DNA of 45,400 nt from Verrucomicrobiales bacterium (GTDB lineage Bacteria > Verrucomicrobiota > Verrucomicrobiia > Limisphaerales > UBA9464), in contig SYEM01000207.1 of assembly GCA_005801385.1 (NCBI GenBank), positions 1 through 45,400 of the forward strand. Reading direction: 5' to 3'. The notes under the pieces were generated by a model. That model was not told where the DNA came from. It worked only from the letters and a program-made list of their open reading frames with translations, and searched no databases. Both the position numbers and the translations under genes were made by a program. Numbering within the stretch: the first letter of the stretch is position 1; each line of letters starts with the position of its first letter. Positions 1 to 8,412 of the stretch are shown here, piece after piece.

Positions 1-470
1 ATGGCCACCCGCTGCTGCGGTCCGCCCGACATCTGGTCCGGTCGATGGTGCCCGCGATCGGCCAGGCCCACGAGGTCGAGCGCCAATGCGACCTGACGCC
101 GCCGCTCGGCGCGTCCGAGGGCCGTCAGCAGCAGCGGCAGCTCGACATTCTCGGCCGCGGGGAGGACCGGGCTGAGGTTGAACGACTGGAAGACGAACCC
201 AACAGTCTGATTCCTGCAGGCGGCCAGCTGGGATTCGGTCAGGTTGGCGACGTTGATCCCCTGGACCAGCACCGAGCCGCTCGAGGCCCGGTCGATGCCG
301 GCGATGATGTGGAGCAGCGTGGATTTCCCCGATCCGGACGGCCCCATGAGCACGACGAACTCGCCGGCCTGGATGTCGATCGAGACGTTGTTGAGCGCCG
401 TGACCTGGATCTCCCCCTGTCGGTACACCTTGCTGAGATCCCGGATCGAGACAATGGGGTCGGCCGCCAT
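1..470 (-). CDS. ABC transporter ATP-binding protein (LolD/MacB/FtsE-like); 3' end cut by window edge
   Basis: Not in the ORF track because its stop lies left of the window. My reverse-strand translation from the ATG (complement of 468-470) reads MAADPIVSIRDLSKVYRQGEIQVTALNNVSIDIQAGEFVVLMGPSGSGKSTLLHIIAGIDRASSGSVLVQG...VGFVFQSFNLSPVL...PDQMSGGPQQRVA. Walker A (GPSGSGKST), Q-loop and ABC signature (SGGxQQRVA) are all present. Confidence 0.85.
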   Translation of the reverse strand, partial: MAADPIVSIRDLSKVYRQGEIQVTALNNVSIDIQAGEFVVLMGPSGSGKSTLLHIIAGIDRASSGSVLVQGINVANLTESQLAACRNQTVGFVFQSFNLSPVLPAAENVELPLLLTALGRAERRRQVALALDLVGLADRGHHRPDQMSGGPQQRVA

Positions 471-625
471 GGCGGGAGAGCGTAGCCCCGGGGCGGGCGG
501 AGGGGAAGGACACCTCGGACCGCACGGCGAGCCACCCCGATCCGCCGCCGCCATGGGTCCACAGTGTTTCGGTTTTGGGGTTTTGGTTTGCGATTGTGGG
601 GAGGGAAGCCTATCCACCGCGCGTC

Positions 626-1327
626 ATGTCGGTGCAGTACAAGATCATCGGGGGGGACGGACTGGAGTACGGTCCGGCGACGCTCGACGAACTACGAACG
701 TGGTGCGAGGAGGGGCGCGTCGGACCCTCGACGCCGGTCTGGAGGTCGGACGACCCGCGCTGGCAGCCGGCATCCCTCCGTGACGAGCTGAAATGGGATC
801 TTCAGCTGGACCCCGGGGCCACGGATGAGTCGGAACCCGATCCGCTCGACGAGTTTGTCGCCCGCCACCCCCTGGCCCGACCCGCCGGGTTCTGGGTCCG
901 GCTCGGGGCCCACATCATCGACTGGATGATCCTGACCTCGCTCATGACGCTTCTAACCCTTCCCTGGGCGGAGGCGTTGAGCCGCCTGCAGGAGGGGGCG
1001 TTGCAGGAGGCGAAGTCGACGACGCCCAACAGCCGGGTCCTGCTCGAGTTCATGCTGGTCTCGTTGTCCATCAACCTGCCCCTCACCCTGGCCTACCAGA
1101 CCTTCTTCAACGGCCAAAGCGGGGCCACCCCGGGCAAGCGACTGATGGGACTCCGGGTGGAACGGGCGGATGGGACGCCTCTGGGGTATCGGGGTGCCGC
1201 GGTCCGGAGCCTCGCCGAATTCGTCACCTCGCTCACCCTCGGGGTCGGCTATCTGATGATCGCCTTCGATCCCGGCAAGCGGGCCCTCCACGACCGGATC
1301 GCAAAGACCCGGGTCGTCCACCGCTGA
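626..1327 (+). CDS. RDD-family membrane protein with N-terminal GYF_2 (DUF4339)-like domain
   Basis: Track ORF 575..1327; I prefer the internal ATG at 626 (MSVQYKIIGGDG...). YKIIGGDGLEYGPATLDELRTWCEEGRVGPSTPVWRSDDPRWQPA fits the GYF_2 pattern. The C-terminal half has hydrophobic segments and RDD-like GATPGKRLMGLRV...ALHDRIAKTRVV. Confidence 0.8.
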   Translation: MSVQYKIIGGDGLEYGPATLDELRTWCEEGRVGPSTPVWRSDDPRWQPASLRDELKWDLQLDPGATDESEPDPLDEFVARHPLARPAGFWVRLGAHIIDWMILTSLMTLLTLPWAEALSRLQEGALQEAKSTTPNSRVLLEFMLVSLSINLPLTLAYQTFFNGQSGATPGKRLMGLRVERADGTPLGYRGAAVRSLAEFVTSLTLGVGYLMIAFDPGKRALHDRIAKTRVVHR

Positions 1328-1382
1328 CCCACCGCGGAAGTCACGGCGCCGGAGGAACCCCGGGTCCCGCCGACCTCCCCGA

Positions 1383-1997
1383 CTACTTCACGGCCGGAAT
1401 GTTGAGCTCCTGGCCGACCCTGAGGCGCTTGGGATCCTTGAGGTTTGGATTCGCGGCCAGGACGTCGGACACCTTGACCTTGAGGGTGTACTCCTTGTTG
1501 TAGGCGGCAATGATGGCGCCCAGGGTCTCTCCGGTGCCCACCTTGTGGACGTACTGCTTCTCCGGGAGGTTGACCGGCGGATCCTGGACCACCGGAGCCG
1601 GCTTGAGCGGCTTCGGGGTCTCCCGCACCGGAGGTGGCGCCGACAGCGACTTGCTGACCTCCTTCGCGATCTCCTCCAGCTGACGCTTCACGTACTCGGC
1701 ATCCGCAGCGCGCTTCTCGTCGACCTGCTTGATCGACTTGATGACCTCCTTGAGCTGCTCGCGGTTCACCATCTCGCCGCCACTCGCCAGCTGCTGCTTC
1801 AGGCGCGCATTCTCCTGACGTAGGTCGGACACGACATCCCGGAGCTCCTGGATCTGGCGGCGAAGACTCTCCTGTCCCTCGGTCAGGGACTCCACCGTCC
1901 CGTGGAGACGACGCACATCCTCGGCATCGACCTGGGCCCGCACAGGGACGAGGGCGGTTGCGAGGAGGACACAGAGCACGGAAAGCACCCGATTCAT
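1383..1997 (-). CDS. secreted LysM domain protein with coiled-coil region
   Basis: Track ORF 1383..2408, trimmed to the internal ATG at 1997. MNRVLSVLCVLLATALVPVRAQ is a signal peptide, followed by a heptad-like charged region (LRRQIQELRDVVSDLRQENARLKQQL). The C-terminal HKVGTGETLGAIIAAYNKEYTLKVKVSDVLAANPNLKDPKRLRVGQELNIP is a typical LysM motif. Stop is TAG. Confidence 0.8.
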   Translation of the reverse strand: MNRVLSVLCVLLATALVPVRAQVDAEDVRRLHGTVESLTEGQESLRRQIQELRDVVSDLRQENARLKQQLASGGEMVNREQLKEVIKSIKQVDEKRAADAEYVKRQLEEIAKEVSKSLSAPPPVRETPKPLKPAPVVQDPPVNLPEKQYVHKVGTGETLGAIIAAYNKEYTLKVKVSDVLAANPNLKDPKRLRVGQELNIPAVK

Positions 1998-2040
1998 GCC
2001 CCCGAGCGTAACAGGGGATCGCAAAAACGGGAGTCGAATG

Positions 2041-2070
2041 TGGGTGGAGTTGGGCGGAGTTGGGCGGAAT
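2041..2070. repeat. three phased 10-bp direct repeats (TGGGYGGART) in a divergent intergenic region
   Basis: tgggtggagt / tgggcggagt / tgggcggaat read directly at 2041-2050, 2051-2060 and 2061-2070. They lie between the LysM gene start (1997, minus) and the PSCyt gene start (2159, plus). Confidence 0.6.
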
Positions 2071-2158
2071 TTGCCGGCACCTCCCGGCACCCACCGGATC
2101 CAGCCTCGATCCGGCCTTTTCGATTGCGGGCCTGTGACCGTCGCCGGATCGTCGAGGG

Positions 2159-5100
2159 GTGATCCCGATGGACCGCCCCCATTCCACCTGGCTCCGCCCT
2201 GGCCCTCGTCCCGATGGGTCCAGCCGATCGCCATGGACTGCGCTGTTGGGCTCCCTCCTGTCGGCGTTGACGCTCTGGGGGCGGACGGACGGGGATGCGT
2301 TCTTCGAGAACCGGATCCGTCCCGTGCTGGCGGAACAGTGCCACGACTGCCACAGCTCCCGGGCCGAACGGGTCCGTGGCGGGCTGAGGGTCGACAGCCG
2401 CGCCTCACTGCTCGAAGGAGGCGACTCGGGGCCGGCGGTGATCCCCGGTGACCCAGAACACAGCCGGCTGATCCAGGCGGTCCGTGGATCAGACCCCAAT
2501 CACATCATGCCTCCACCCAAGGAGGGTCGATCCCGCCTTCGGCCGGAGGCCATCGCCGACCTCGTCGAGTGGGTCCGACAGGGGGCCCCGTTTCCCGCGG
2601 CCTCCCCCGCCCCGGTGACGCCAACGGTCCGACACTGGGCCTTCCAACCGGTTCAGCCACAGGACCCTCCCAGGGTCCGGTACGCCACGTGGCCCCGAAC
2701 GCCCCTCGACGCGTTCATCCTGGCCGACCTGGAGTCGAGGAACGCACGTCCGGCACTCGAGGCCGATCGACGCACCCTGATCCGCCGCGCGACGCTGGAC
2801 CTGACCGGATTGCCTCCCACCCCAATCGAGATCGAATCGTTCCTCGACGACGCCTCGCCGGAAGCGTGGCCCCGCGTGGTCGATCGCCTCCTGACGTCCC
2901 CCGCGTACGGGGAACGGGCGGCCCGTCACTGGCTGGATGTCGTCCGGTATGCCGACACCGCCGGCGAGACCGCGGACTATCCGGTCCCGGATGCCTGGCG
3001 CTACCGGAACTACGTCGTGCGGGCCTTCAACGCCGACACCCCCTATGGTGAGTTCATCCGCGACCAGATCGCCGGGGACATCCTGGCCCACGAGGGTCCC
3101 CAGGACCGGTATGCGGACCAGGTGACCGCGACAGGCTTCATCGCCCTGTCGCGGCGGTTCGGCTTCGACTCCGAGAACTACCACCACCTGACCCTGCAGG
3201 ACACGATCGACACCCTCGGACAGGCGTTTATGGGACTCAGCCTGGGCTGTGCCCGCTGTCACAACCACAAGTACGATCCCATCCCGGCGACCGACTACTA
3301 CGCTCTCTACGGAATCTTTGAGAGCACCCTTTTCGCCTTCCCGGGTTCGGAACAGAAGCAGAAGCGTCGGACGCTCGTTCCCCTGGTGCCCCCCGACAAG
3401 GCGCAGCCCCGATGGCGCGACCACCAGGTCCGCGTCGCGACGCTGGTCGACCGGCTCCGGCAGGAGGGGCAGTCGGCGCCCCCCGTGGTGCTGAGATCCC
3501 TCGATGGGCTCGATGGTGATTTCGAGATGCAGTCGCCGGCTTCCGGTGGCAGCCGCGGCGTGCTGGTCCAACCCTGGCTCTACGACGGGCCGATCGCGGT
3601 GACCCCCGAGGCCCAGAGCCCCTTCAAGCATGCCTACGCCCTGGGTGTCGTGGGTGCACAGATTCCCGGAGGCACCAACACCTATCGACTCGGCCAGGCC
3701 CTGCCCCCAGGCCTCCAGACCGGACTACGGTCCCCAATGTGGCCGCTCTCGCTCAACCTGGAGTTCCTGGTGGAGACGAACCCGACGAGCGGTTCCGGCA
3801 CCCACCGCTTCTGGCTGGGCCCCGTCGGACGCCCCCCGACGGTGGAGGTGCTGATCGGCGCCAACGAGATCCGTCTGCGGGCCGGGGACAGGACCGACGT
3901 GCTCCGGCGATTCAACGGCACACACTGGCAGGCCGTGCAGCTCCGGCTGGATCCGGGACGCCGCATCCTGTCTGGACGCGTGGGAACGCCAGCCGACGCA
4001 TCCGCGTTCGGCGACATCCCCCTCGCACGGGAGGGCCTGACGGGGCCACTGGAGATCGGACTCGATTCCCACGGACCCGGAGAGGGCGGACGGCCCGGCC
4101 TGCGAATCGACAACATCGCCGTCCAAGCCGACGACATCGCACCGATCGCACTCCAACCCCTGCTCGCAGGAACCGTCTCGGGCAAGGCCCCCTCGAAATC
4201 CATCCCGGAACAGATCCGGGAGCTGGTGGGACCCGATGGCGACCTGGAGTTCCAGGAGGACGGCAAGCCGCCCGTGGCGCCATGGAATCCGGGACCCAAC
4301 AGCGCGGTCCACGTCTCACGCGAGGCGCAGAGCCCGTTCCGGAATCACCATCCGGTCGGCACCCTCGGAATCCGTCTTCCCAACAGTGGAGCCTACAATG
4401 GTTTCGGACTCACCCTGCCGCGACCCTGGACCGCCGCAAAGGATCCACGGCTCTCCATCGGGTTCGAGTTCCGGTCCACCGACGCCGCCGCCGGCAGCGA
4501 CGGGTCCTGGCGGTTCTATATCGGTCACGGCGGCGGGACGTCGGCTGCCCTCGAGCTCTTCCTCACCCCGTCCCAACTGATCCACCGGGCCCCCGATGGA
4601 ACGCAGACCACCATGGGCCTCAAGCCGGGGGACTGGCATCAGGTCCAGCTGGATCTGGATCTCCAGGCCCGGACCTTCCGTGGCACGGTCGGGAACGGCA
4701 CGAGCACGGCCCCGTTCACCGGAAGCCTCGCCACAGGCTGGGACGGCACCATCGACTACCTCTTCATCGACAGCCATGGCCATCTGCCTGGGGTGAAACC
4801 GGGCCTCGATGCCGACAATTTCATCCTGCAGGCCACACCGCTTCCGCCCGCCGGTTCGCCGTCATCGGCCCTCGCCGGGACCGCCACCGACCGGCGCCAG
4901 CAGGTGCAGGCGCTCCGTGCACGGATGTCGGAGCACACCCGGGAGATCCAGGCGGTCCGACGCGAGCTCGACCGGCTCCTCGTGGAAGGCCCCATGGAAC
5001 TCGCCTACGGGGTGGTCGAGGGAACCCCCCACGACGCCCGGTTACATCAGCGGGGGGAGCCCGACAAGCCTGGGGATGTCGTGCCTCGCGGGTTCCTGAA

Positions 5101-6007
5101 GGCAGTGGGCGGTGGACGCCTTCCCGAGTCCGCCCGGGGCAGCGGGAGGCGGGAACTGGCCCAGTGGCTGACCCGCCCCGACCACCCCCTGACGGCCCGC
5201 GTGATGGTGAACCGGATCTGGCAGCAGCACTTCGGGAACGGACTGGTGAAGACCCCGAACGATTTCGGGACCCGCGGCCAGAAACCCACCCATCCCGAAC
5301 TCCTGGATTACCTGGCCCACCGCTTCATGACCGACGGCGGGTCGGTCAAATCCCTCCACCGACTGATCCTCCTCAGCGCAACCTACCAACAGGCCACCCA
5401 GACGCCGGTCGAGGACGGCAGGGCCACCACGGAGCCCTACGCCGGATATCCCCGCCGACGCCTGACGGCCGAGGAGATCCGGGACGGCATCCTCGCGGTG
5501 AGCGGGGACCTCGACAGGACCCCCGCCGAGGGGCATCCCTTCCCCTCCCCGATCGGCTGGGGCTACACGCAGCACGGGCCCTACAGCGCCGTGTACGACC
5601 ACGACCATCGGAGCCTCTACCTCATGACTCAGCGGCTGAAGCGGCATCCGTTCCTCGCGTTGTTCGACGGGGCGGATCCGAACGCCAGCACCCCACAGCG
5701 CGGGGCCTCGACGGTGCCGACCCAGTCGCTCTACTTCCTCAATGATCCCTTCGTGCACCGGAAGGCGGAGCGGCTGGCCTGGGACCTTGTCGTACATCAT
5801 GCCACCGACGACGCCCGGCTCGACGAGCTGCTGATGCGCTCGGTGGGTCGACACCCCTCCGAGGAGGAGCATCGGGACATCCGATCCTTCCTGGAACGCT
5901 ATCGAACCCGCCTGCGGGAACGGGATGGAAGGACCGCCAGCGAGGCCGCCTGGGCGGCGGTGATCCGGGTGGTCTGGGGTGGCAATGAATTCCTGCACGT
6001 CGACTGA
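2159..6007 (+). CDS. PSCyt1 / DUF1549 (PSCyt2) / DUF1553 (PSD1) multidomain protein with two internal LamG-like modules
   Basis: 1282-aa track ORF. FFENRIRPVLAEQCHDCHS (CxxCH at 2339-2353) fits the Planctomycete cytochrome C motif. LIRRATLDLTGLPPTPIEIESFLDD...WLDVVRYADT fits DUF1549, with CARCHNHKYDP at 3248-3280. The C-terminal VMVNRIWQQHFGNGLVKTPNDFGTRGQKPTHPELLDYLA fits DUF1553. The start (2159 or 2168) is uncertain. Confidence 0.9.
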   Translation: MIPMDRPHSTWLRPGPRPDGSSRSPWTALLGSLLSALTLWGRTDGDAFFENRIRPVLAEQCHDCHSSRAERVRGGLRVDSRASLLEGGDSGPAVIPGDPEHSRLIQAVRGSDPNHIMPPPKEGRSRLRPEAIADLVEWVRQGAPFPAASPAPVTPTVRHWAFQPVQPQDPPRVRYATWPRTPLDAFILADLESRNARPALEADRRTLIRRATLDLTGLPPTPIEIESFLDDASPEAWPRVVDRLLTSPAYGERAARHWLDVVRYADTAGETADYPVPDAWRYRNYVVRAFNADTPYGEFIRDQIAGDILAHEGPQDRYADQVTATGFIALSRRFGFDSENYHHLTLQDTIDTLGQAFMGLSLGCARCHNHKYDPIPATDYYALYGIFESTLFAFPGSEQKQKRRTLVPLVPPDKAQPRWRDHQVRVATLVDRLRQEGQSAPPVVLRSLDGLDGDFEMQSPASGGSRGVLVQPWLYDGPIAVTPEAQSPFKHAYALGVVGAQIPGGTNTYRLGQALPPGLQTGLRSPMWPLSLNLEFLVETNPTSGSGTHRFWLGPVGRPPTVEVLIGANEIRLRAGDRTDVLRRFNGTHWQAVQLRLDPGRRILSGRVGTPADASAFGDIPLAREGLTGPLEIGLDSHGPGEGGRPGLRIDNIAVQADDIAPIALQPLLAGTVSGKAPSKSIPEQIRELVGPDGDLEFQEDGKPPVAPWNPGPNSAVHVSREAQSPFRNHHPVGTLGIRLPNSGAYNGFGLTLPRPWTAAKDPRLSIGFEFRSTDAAAGSDGSWRFYIGHGGGTSAALELFLTPSQLIHRAPDGTQTTMGLKPGDWHQVQLDLDLQARTFRGTVGNGTSTAPFTGSLATGWDGTIDYLFIDSHGHLPGVKPGLDADNFILQATPLPPAGSPSSALAGTATDRRQQVQALRARMSEHTREIQAVRRELDRLLVEGPMELAYGVVEGTPHDARLHQRGEPDKPGDVVPRGFLKAVGGGRLPESARGSGRRELAQWLTRPDHPLTARVMVNRIWQQHFGNGLVKTPNDFGTRGQKPTHPELLDYLAHRFMTDGGSVKSLHRLILLSATYQQATQTPVEDGRATTEPYAGYPRRRLTAEEIRDGILAVSGDLDRTPAEGHPFPSPIGWGYTQHGPYSAVYDHDHRSLYLMTQRLKRHPFLALFDGADPNASTPQRGASTVPTQSLYFLNDPFVHRKAERLAWDLVVHHATDDARLDELLMRSVGRHPSEEEHRDIRSFLERYRTRLRERDGRTASEAAWAAVIRVVWGGNEFLHVD

Positions 6008-6010
6008 TCC

Positions 6011-7426
6011 ATGACACCTCGCCTCCATTCCCAGCCGGGCCGACGCGGATTCCTCCGGTCCCTCGTGGGCGGATCGACCCTGCTGCCGGGGCTCGTTTCC
6101 GAGCTCCTCGCAGAGGATGCCCGCCGCGGGGCCGCCATGGATCCACTCGCTCCCCATGCGCCCCACTTCGCCCCGAAGGCCAAGCGGGTCATCTTCCTCT
6201 ACATGAGCGGCGGGGTGTCCCACGTGGACTCCTGGGATCCCAAACCGAAGCTCGTTGCCGACGGTGGCCGCACGGTCTCGGTCAATGAGTTCCAGGGGCG
6301 CAAGGGGGAGTTCCAGATGTACCTCAAGCGTCCCCAGTGGACGTTCCGCCCCCGCGGACGGTGCGGCACGGAGGTCAGTGACCTGTTCCCGCACATGGCC
6401 CGGTGCGTCGATGATCTCTGCGTCATCCGGTCGATGAAGTCGGACCACACCAACCATTACGAGGCCACCCTCGGTGTGCATACGGGGTCCTTCAACTTCA
6501 CGCGTCCCAGCTTCGGCTCATGGGTGAGCTACGGCCTCGGCACCGAGAACCGAAACCTGCCCTCGTTCGTCGTGATCGCCCCCAAGACCCCGTACGCGGG
6601 GGGACAGGTCTGGGGTTCCGACTTCCTGCCCGGGAGCCATCAGGGAACCCTCGTCGTGCCGGGCGCCGAACCGGTCGCCAACATCCGGCGCCGCGTGGCC
6701 TCCCAGGAGCTCCAGGAGCTTGAGCTCGAGCTCCTCGCCCGCAACAACCAACGGCACCGCTCCCACCGGCTCTCGGATCCGCTGCTCGAGGCGCGGATCC
6801 GGTCCTATGAGACCGCGTTCGGCATGCAGTCGGAGATGCCCGAGGTCTTCGATCTGTCGCGCGAGCGGGAATCGACACTCGACCTCTATGGTCTCAAGCG
6901 CGGGGTCAACGACGGCTTTGGATGGCAATGCCTCGTGGCCCGGAGGCTGATCGAGCGCGGGGTCCGGTTCGTCGAGCTGATCGACTCCGGCTCGTCCGAC
7001 AACTGGGATGCCCATGGCGACATGATGGCCCACGAGCCGCTCGCTCGGAACGTGGACCAGGCCATCGCCGGGCTGCTGCAGGATCTGAAGCTCCGGGGAC
7101 TCCTCGAGGATACCCTGGTAGTCTGGACCTCGGAATTTGGTCGAACCCCGTTCAACGCGGCGGCCGACGCGAGGGGCCGGGAGCACCACCATTGGGTCTA
7201 CTCCTCCTGGATCGCCGGGGCCGGCGTCCGGGCTGGCAGCGTCTATGGGGCCTCCGACGATTACGGTATCGATGTCGCCCAGGACCCCGTCCATCTCCAC
7301 GACTTCCACGCGACGCTGCTCCACCTCATGGGCATCGACCACGAGCGGCTGACGTTCCGGCACAACGGACGCGACCACCGGCTGACCGATGTCGCCGGGA
7401 ACGTCGTCCAGGGCCTGTTGGCCTGA
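6011..7426 (+). CDS. DUF1501 domain protein (sulfatase/alkaline-phosphatase-like), Tat signal
   Basis: Twin-arginine N-terminus GRRGFLRSLVGGSTLL. RVIFLYMSGGVSHVDSWDPKP, DDLCVIRSM and WTSEFGRTP match the DUF1501 pattern. The ATG is 3 nt after the stop of the preceding gene and in the same frame. Confidence 0.9.
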   Translation: MTPRLHSQPGRRGFLRSLVGGSTLLPGLVSELLAEDARRGAAMDPLAPHAPHFAPKAKRVIFLYMSGGVSHVDSWDPKPKLVADGGRTVSVNEFQGRKGEFQMYLKRPQWTFRPRGRCGTEVSDLFPHMARCVDDLCVIRSMKSDHTNHYEATLGVHTGSFNFTRPSFGSWVSYGLGTENRNLPSFVVIAPKTPYAGGQVWGSDFLPGSHQGTLVVPGAEPVANIRRRVASQELQELELELLARNNQRHRSHRLSDPLLEARIRSYETAFGMQSEMPEVFDLSRERESTLDLYGLKRGVNDGFGWQCLVARRLIERGVRFVELIDSGSSDNWDAHGDMMAHEPLARNVDQAIAGLLQDLKLRGLLEDTLVVWTSEFGRTPFNAAADARGREHHHWVYSSWIAGAGVRAGSVYGASDDYGIDVAQDPVHLHDFHATLLHLMGIDHERLTFRHNGRDHRLTDVAGNVVQGLLA

Positions 7427-7438
7427 CCCCCACCCGGG

Positions 7439-8215
7439 CTACCGCGCACGGGCCACGACCCAGACGCAGACCCGCTCGGCACCCAACCGCCGGAGCTGCC
7501 GTGCGACGGCATCGGTGGTCGCCCCGGTGGTGAGGACGTCGTCGACCACGACGACCGAAAGGCCTTTCAGGGAACAACCCGGCCTGGCCCGAAAGGCCCG
7601 TCGCACATTCTCCTGACGTGCCTCCCGTCCCAGGTGGGTCTGGGTCGGTGTCTCATGAATCCGTTCGACCAGGTCGCTTCGGACCGGGAGTCCGACGCGA
7701 CTTCCGAGGAATCGGGCGAGGAGCTCCGCTTGATTGAACTCACGCTCCCGCTCCCGCGTGGGATGGAGGGGCACGGGCACGAGCAGATCCCAGTGTCCCG
7801 AGGACAATCCCGCACGTGCCGCACGGACGAGGAGGCGCCCCAGGAACGGTCGGAACCAGACGGCACCATCATACTTGAACCGGTGGATCACCCCGCGAAC
7901 CACCCCCTCGGCGAGCACCGCGGCGCGGACCGACTCGAACGAGAGGTCGGCATCCCGACAGTTGCTACACTCAAAGGGTCCGGTGATCGCCCCATCGAAT
8001 GGGAGTCCACAGCGATGGCAGAACGGGGGCCGTACAGGTTTGACCTGCCGCCGGCACCGGGGTCCGACCCAGCCCAGTCGTGGCACCGCCCGCTCGGCGT
8101 GGCAGATCTGGCAGACCGGCGGGTAAGCCAGCGCCAGGACAGCCTCGCCCCAGCGCAGGAACCGTGGCCGCAGCCGCCGTCCACACCACCTCGTCGCAAT
8201 GGGATGCAGGGTCAT
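7439..8215 (-). CDS. ComF-family phosphoribosyltransferase-like protein
   Basis: Track ORF 7439..8374, trimmed to the ATG at 8215 (MTLHPIATRW...). Two Cys pairs form an N-terminal Zn-ribbon (CQICH...CRRQV; CHRCG...CSNC). The C-terminal PRTase motif is VVVVDDVLTTGATTDAVARQL. Confidence 0.8.
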   Translation of the reverse strand: MTLHPIATRWCGRRLRPRFLRWGEAVLALAYPPVCQICHAERAVPRLGWVGPRCRRQVKPVRPPFCHRCGLPFDGAITGPFECSNCRDADLSFESVRAAVLAEGVVRGVIHRFKYDGAVWFRPFLGRLLVRAARAGLSSGHWDLLVPVPLHPTREREREFNQAELLARFLGSRVGLPVRSDLVERIHETPTQTHLGREARQENVRRAFRARPGCSLKGLSVVVVDDVLTTGATTDAVARQLRRLGAERVCVWVVARAR

Positions 8216-8412
8216 TTCCCAGAAACCTAATGCCCGGAAGCATGGCCGATCCCCTCCCGGTTCCACCATCGCCAGATTTGGGGATCCCTTCGACCGGCGA
8301 TCCATCCGGGACGAATCAGGACGGTGTCTGAAGCCCGGATTGAAACCCGTCCACCGCATCGCAAGCTTCCACATCGACGGGAGCCTGTGCTAGCACCCCG
8401 CCGCCACTTCAC

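Noticed and set aside
565-607. T/G-rich, telomere-like tract ggttttggggttttggtttg (571-590) between the ABC and RDD genes; possible G-quadruplex
   Set aside because: It is too short, with mostly 2-G runs. It sits in a divergent promoter/leader region where AT-richer sequence is expected. There is no evidence for a specific function.
3739-5745. 668-aa plus-strand ORF, and 5042..6481 minus (479 aa), overlapping the PSCyt/DUF1553 gene
   Set aside because: The translations are Arg/Pro/Gly-rich low-complexity sequence with no motifs. They lie in alternative or antisense frames of a gene with strong family signatures. Long stop-free shadow frames are expected at this GC content.
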